DNA from: Candidatus Altimarinota bacterium
GTDB lineage: Bacteria; Patescibacteriota; Gracilibacteria; CAIRYL01
NCBI GenBank assembly: GCA_965250085.1
Contig: OZ252287.1
Coordinates: forward strand, 768,001-832,000
DNA: 64,000 nt
Direction of reading: 5' to 3'
Shown piece by piece: positions 60,163 to 64,000 of the stretch. The translations under genes and the position numbers were made by a program. Under the pieces are notes generated by a model, which was given only the letters and a program-made list of their open reading frames with translations, was not told where the DNA came from and made no database searches. Position 1 is the first letter of the stretch; each line of letters opens with the position of its first letter.

Positions 60163-60573
60163 ATGCTCTCTGCTCTTCAGGAAATCATAGAAGAACTCCA
60201 AGAAATCGAAGAATCGAATGAGAAACTCAAGTTTATACTCTCTCTCGCAGATGAACTTCCTGAGTTTTCGGAAAAGGAAAAAACTCCGGAGAACAAAATT
60301 TCTGGATGTGCATCAAATGCCTATATCGTTTCAGAATACAAAGATGGAAAAATATGCTTCCGTGGTGACAGTGATGCACAAATCCCTAAAGGGATATTGG
60401 CACTCTTTATTCTCGGCTGTGAAGGCGTGTCTCCTGAAGAAATTGTGAAACTCGAGCCAGAATTTTTGGAACATACAGGATTGAAGAATATTCTCTCCCC
60501 GTCTCGCGTGAATGGATCATATCAGATCTATAAACGCATACAGGAAGAAGCGAGAAAGTACGTTGCTGAATGA
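60163..60573 (+). CDS. sufE: SufE-family Fe-S sulfur acceptor
   Basis: ISGCAS, GDSDA.I.KG, LSPSRVNG. Confidence 0.88.
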   Translation: MLSALQEIIEELQEIEESNEKLKFILSLADELPEFSEKEKTPENKISGCASNAYIVSEYKDGKICFRGDSDAQIPKGILALFILGCEGVSPEEIVKLEPEFLEHTGLKNILSPSRVNGSYQIYKRIQEEARKYVAE

Positions 60574-60628
60574 TATTTTTCTTGAAAATTAAAACTTCTT
60601 TTTACATTTTGAATTTTGCATTATGAAT

Positions 60629-61639
60629 TCAGAAGAGCTCCATTTGCGAATCTGATTTCTCAGAAGATACTTTGGAAGTACTCGAGAGAGGTGTTTTTTT
60701 GGCTTCCTCCAATTCCTGCCAGAGAGCATCCTCTTCTTTTTCTTCATCCGTCATATCCGCAGGAGAAAACGTTTTTTTAAGTCGATTGATAAGTGAGTGA
60801 AATTGAAATTTTCGGAAAAATGACTCGAGTTCTTCTGGAACAATGTTGGAGATATGCCCCCCTTCAAGGGTATATCCATCTAAGTTCAGATCTCTATGCA
60901 GGGTTGTCATCTCTTTGGTGAGGAGTGCAATCTTTGTTTCTTTTTGAATCCTTTCTCCCATCGCACCAGGAATCTCATGGGCATGATGGCAAATACTTTC
61001 CAAAGTGCCATATTGTTGGAGCAACTTTGAAGCCGTTTTTGCCCCCACTCCTGGGACACCTTTCAAATTATCAGAAGTATCCCCCACCATTCCTTTATAA
61101 TCCGGAATTTGTTCTGGATACACCCCCAGTTTCTGAAATACATCTTCTCTCTTGAGATGCAAAGGGGGATGTCCACCACTTTGAGGAAGTCCGAGAACAA
61201 CATTCTCTCCCACAAGTTGAAAAATATCATGATCACCGCTCACGATTTCTATATCAAAATCTTTGTTTCCTCGATACATTTCTGAAATCGTAGCAAGGAT
61301 GTCGTCTGCCTCCAATCCTTCGTGGGAAAAGAGGGGGATATGAAACGCATCAAAAATATTGAATATTTTTGGGAGTTGTGAAACCAACTCTGGAGGCATT
61401 TCTGGACGATGCCCCTTGTAATCTGGAAATACTTCATGACGTCTGGTTTTTCCCTTTTCATCCTTTGCTCCAAAAATATAATCCGGCTTCTCTGATCCAA
61501 TAAGGGAAAGTAAAATCGAACTTACCCCAAAAATAGCATTAATAGCATTGCCATCCGCATCCGTCATAGTTTTTGGAAGTGCAAAAAATGCTCGAAAAAA
61601 CAGATGTGAGACATCTAAAAGTAGGATTTTTTGAGACAC
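60629..61639 (-). CDS. Stand-alone 5'-3' exonuclease (PolA N-terminal-like / flap endonuclease)
   Basis: LFFRAFFA, YKGHR, EADD, SGDHD, GDTSDN..GVPGVGAKTA; GTG start assumed. Confidence 0.88.
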   Translation of the reverse strand: MSQKILLLDVSHLFFRAFFALPKTMTDADGNAINAIFGVSSILLSLIGSEKPDYIFGAKDEKGKTRRHEVFPDYKGHRPEMPPELVSQLPKIFNIFDAFHIPLFSHEGLEADDILATISEMYRGNKDFDIEIVSGDHDIFQLVGENVVLGLPQSGGHPPLHLKREDVFQKLGVYPEQIPDYKGMVGDTSDNLKGVPGVGAKTASKLLQQYGTLESICHHAHEIPGAMGERIQKETKIALLTKEMTTLHRDLNLDGYTLEGGHISNIVPEELESFFRKFQFHSLINRLKKTFSPADMTDEEKEEDALWQELEEAKKTPLSSTSKVSSEKSDSQMELF

Positions 61640-61742
61640 GTTGAGAAATATGAAAAGAACAAAAAAATTTTGCCACATCCCCCCTCTTTCTGAAAGAGCA
61701 ATAGTGTATAATTGTCGCATCTGTTTTGGCATGGTTCCTTCG

Positions 61743-62135
61743 ATGAATTTCCTTATCCTACGTATCCTTTGCATATTGGGCTTTTTACTCTCTCTCTATG
61801 CTCTTCATATAAAAAGATGTCTGGAAAAAGACATCCATCATCGTTCTGTATGCGATATAAATGACAGAATTTCTTGTACCAAAGCTATAAAAAGCGGCCA
61901 TGGCGATCTGTTTCTCATCCCAAATTCTGTATGGGGCATGCTTTTTTATGTGACCATGTTTATGACCTCATATCTGACTCCTCAATTTCTTTTCCCTCTT
62001 GCCATAACCTCTGCAATTGCATCTGTGTACTTAGCCTTTGTACTGTACACAAAAATAAAAAGTGTGTGCCTGGTGTGCACGAGTATTTATATTATAAATA
62101 TTTTTCTGCTCGTCATCAGCTGGCCAGTGAGTTGA
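61743..62135 (+). CDS. VKOR-family protein
   Basis: CDINDRISC..A..S, PNS..G, CLVC. Confidence 0.88.
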   Translation: MNFLILRILCILGFLLSLYALHIKRCLEKDIHHRSVCDINDRISCTKAIKSGHGDLFLIPNSVWGMLFYVTMFMTSYLTPQFLFPLAITSAIASVYLAFVLYTKIKSVCLVCTSIYIINIFLLVISWPVS

Positions 62136-63111
62136 GTGCTTCACTCATAACAAAACTCTCATCACGCAAAATCTTATGAGAGATATCGACTCCAGAAATA
62201 AATGTGTTTTTGCCGATGACTGCATTTTGTATAGAACAATTGTCTAGTGTGACCCCTTCTAAAATAAGAGAATTTTCGAGAGAAACATTTTCTCTGACCA
62301 TAACATTGTCTCCCAAAAAAACGGATCCTCGAAGAGATGTGTTTGGGGCAATTGAAGTGTTTTTCCCCTGTACTATTTTCCCTTCCAGCAAGTGCAGATT
62401 GGCAGCGAGATATGCAGAGAATGAGCCAATATCAAACCACTCCTCCTGAAAAGAGAAGTACCGTACTACGTGTTTTTCTTCCAAAAGATATTCAAATATT
62501 TTTCCAAGATCATCTCTGTTTTTTTCAGAAAAAGAAATAAGATCTTTTATATTTTTTTGAGGAAGGACAAAACATCCGGTCGCTACAAGTGTCGATTTTG
62601 GATGTTCTGGTTTTTCTTGAAAACTTTGTATAACTCCTTTTGCACTCTTGTGTGGCACCACAACCCCAAAGAAGCTTGCCTTTTGTGCATCTTCGATATC
62701 ATACACTGCCAAGAGCACATCTTCTGCAAAGGATTGAAACTCAACAAAAAACTGATCAAAAGAAAATCCAAAATAATTATCCCCTGCTATTACTAAAATA
62801 TCTTCTTGAATTTTTTTTTCTTGTATCACTAGAGAAGTTGCGTACAGAGCTCCTTTTTTTCTTTTTTCGCTCTTACTATCTTCAATAAATATTTCTATTT
62901 TTCTTTTGGGAAAATATTTCTTTTTCCATTCTTGAAAATCGTTTGCAAATACTGCATTGGTAGAAACAAATATTTCAAGATTTTCTGGAAGAGATTCTAT
63001 AATCCAGGAGATCAGTGGCTTTCCTGCAAGCGGTACCAAGGGCTTTGCTGTTTTTTCGGTAAGGGGCCAAAGGCGTGTCGCAAATCCTCCTGCTAAGATA
63101 ATCACTTTCAT
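62116..63111 (-). CDS. Sugar-phosphate nucleotidyltransferase
   Basis: LAGGFATRL.PLT...KPL, FQEKP, WFDIG, beta-helix tail. Confidence 0.9.
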   Translation of the reverse strand: MKVIILAGGFATRLWPLTEKTAKPLVPLAGKPLISWIIESLPENLEIFVSTNAVFANDFQEWKKKYFPKRKIEIFIEDSKSEKRKKGALYATSLVIQEKKIQEDILVIAGDNYFGFSFDQFFVEFQSFAEDVLLAVYDIEDAQKASFFGVVVPHKSAKGVIQSFQEKPEHPKSTLVATGCFVLPQKNIKDLISFSEKNRDDLGKIFEYLLEEKHVVRYFSFQEEWFDIGSFSAYLAANLHLLEGKIVQGKNTSIAPNTSLRGSVFLGDNVMVRENVSLENSLILEGVTLDNCSIQNAVIGKNTFISGVDISHKILRDESFVMSEALNSLAS

Positions 63112-64000
63112 TCTTGATGCTTTTTAAAAAAGTAGAAAACATAATTCCACATACTCCATATGATTATTTTGATATCTTGCCAAATGCTCCAGGTATGGAT
63201 ATAGGTAAGATCGGTTTTGAACATAACTTCTCTGTCATCTCTTTGTCCCTGTATTTTCTTCAGCTGCCATGGCCCCAACATGCCCGGACGAAGTACCATC
63301 CTCCTTTTAAAATGTGCTGGAAGATTCTTCCATTCTTCTGGAAGTTCTGGTCGAGGCCCTACAAAACTCATCTCACCCTTGAATACATTTAAAATATTTG
63401 GAATATCTCGAACAAACTCTCTTTTACTGTGATATCGAAAAAGATCGAACGATTTTCCTCCAGCGCCGATTCGTCTTTCTGTTCGAAAAAGTTTTTTTTG
63501 CCCTTGGAAAATTTTTTGAATACAAAAGACAGGAAAAAGAAGAACCAGGAGCGTCACTGCACATAACAAGTCGCTTCCTCTCTTCCAAAATTGTCCCCAT
63601 CCAAAGAGGGGTGAATGTGAAAGTGTCAGAAAAGTTTTTCCAGAGATTGATTCTGGGAAAATATTTTCCCGAAAAACTCCAAGAATTTCTGGTGCAATAC
63701 GAAGCCCTAAAAACCTTCCTTCTGCAAAGAGAAGAAGATTCATCATCTGTTCTTCTGCATCACAAAGCAATATTTCATGAATATCATATTCTTCACTTAT
63801 TTTTTCGAGTGCATCTAATTTTCCACATATGGGGACATTATGAATGTGCTTTTGTGTGGCTCCAAAGGGAGCAAGTATTGCCACGGGTTGGTGTCGGGAT
63901 TTATTTTTTTTGAGCAAAGAAATACTTTTTTCAGCAGCTTTATTTGCCCCAATAACAAGTACTCTTACAATATCTCGTCCTTCATTTGCTTTTTTTCTTT
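63108..64000 (-). CDS. Polyprenyl-phosphate sugar-phosphotransferase, 5' partial
   Basis: KRGSD, NVFKGEMSFVGPRP, RPGMLG, DL.YI..WS...D; frame stays open to the window edge (RVLVIGANKAAE). Confidence 0.88.
   Translation of the reverse strand, partial: RKKANEGRDIVRVLVIGANKAAEKSISLLKKNKSRHQPVAILAPFGATQKHIHNVPICGKLDALEKISEEYDIHEILLCDAEEQMMNLLLFAEGRFLGLRIAPEILGVFRENIFPESISGKTFLTLSHSPLFGWGQFWKRGSDLLCAVTLLVLLFPVFCIQKIFQGQKKLFRTERRIGAGGKSFDLFRYHSKREFVRDIPNILNVFKGEMSFVGPRPELPEEWKNLPAHFKRRMVLRPGMLGPWQLKKIQGQRDDREVMFKTDLTYIHTWSIWQDIKIIIWSMWNYVFYFFKKHQE

Noticed and set aside
1-64000. Genetic code 25 (TGA=Gly) as in some Gracilibacteria
   Set aside because: Conserved genes are full length in code 11, and several (e.g. 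gmk, sufE) end at TGA.

Overview
AT-rich bacterial chromosome segment read in genetic code 11. The gene content (VirB2-like pilin, Cys-rich CPR-type protein, DUF5667, GEVED/SLH surface protein, large orphan proteins) suggests Patescibacteria/CPR, possibly Peregrinibacteria-like; this is an inference. Housekeeping genes include tRNA-Thr, rpmF, nusB, rnc, hisS, gmk, tRNA-Gln, folA, pilD, pheT, pyrF, lgt, murG, ftsW and sufE. The main accessory feature is a ~9.4 kb element (12262-21652) integrated in the tRNA-Gln 3' end and bounded by an 11-bp direct repeat. Its large serine recombinase gene runs through the att core. When integrated, the protein ends in a 7-aa tail read antisense from the tRNA. 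In the predicted excised circle it would instead gain a 45-aa in-frame tail stored at the other end of the island. The island also carries two divergent lipoprotein genes flanked by strongly structured non-coding sequence, two IS elements that each need a +1 shift at an A8 run, a resolvase and a Panacea-RelE TA pair. Other candidates: a SerK-like kinase/cytidylyltransferase fusion next to a CDP-alcohol phosphotransferase; a ~630-nt hairpin array between hisS and gmk; TA cassettes separated by variant copies of the pheT 3' end; and a shared ExRRxFQ N-terminal motif on two giant proteins. All calls come from reading motifs by eye. No database searches or folding programs were run.
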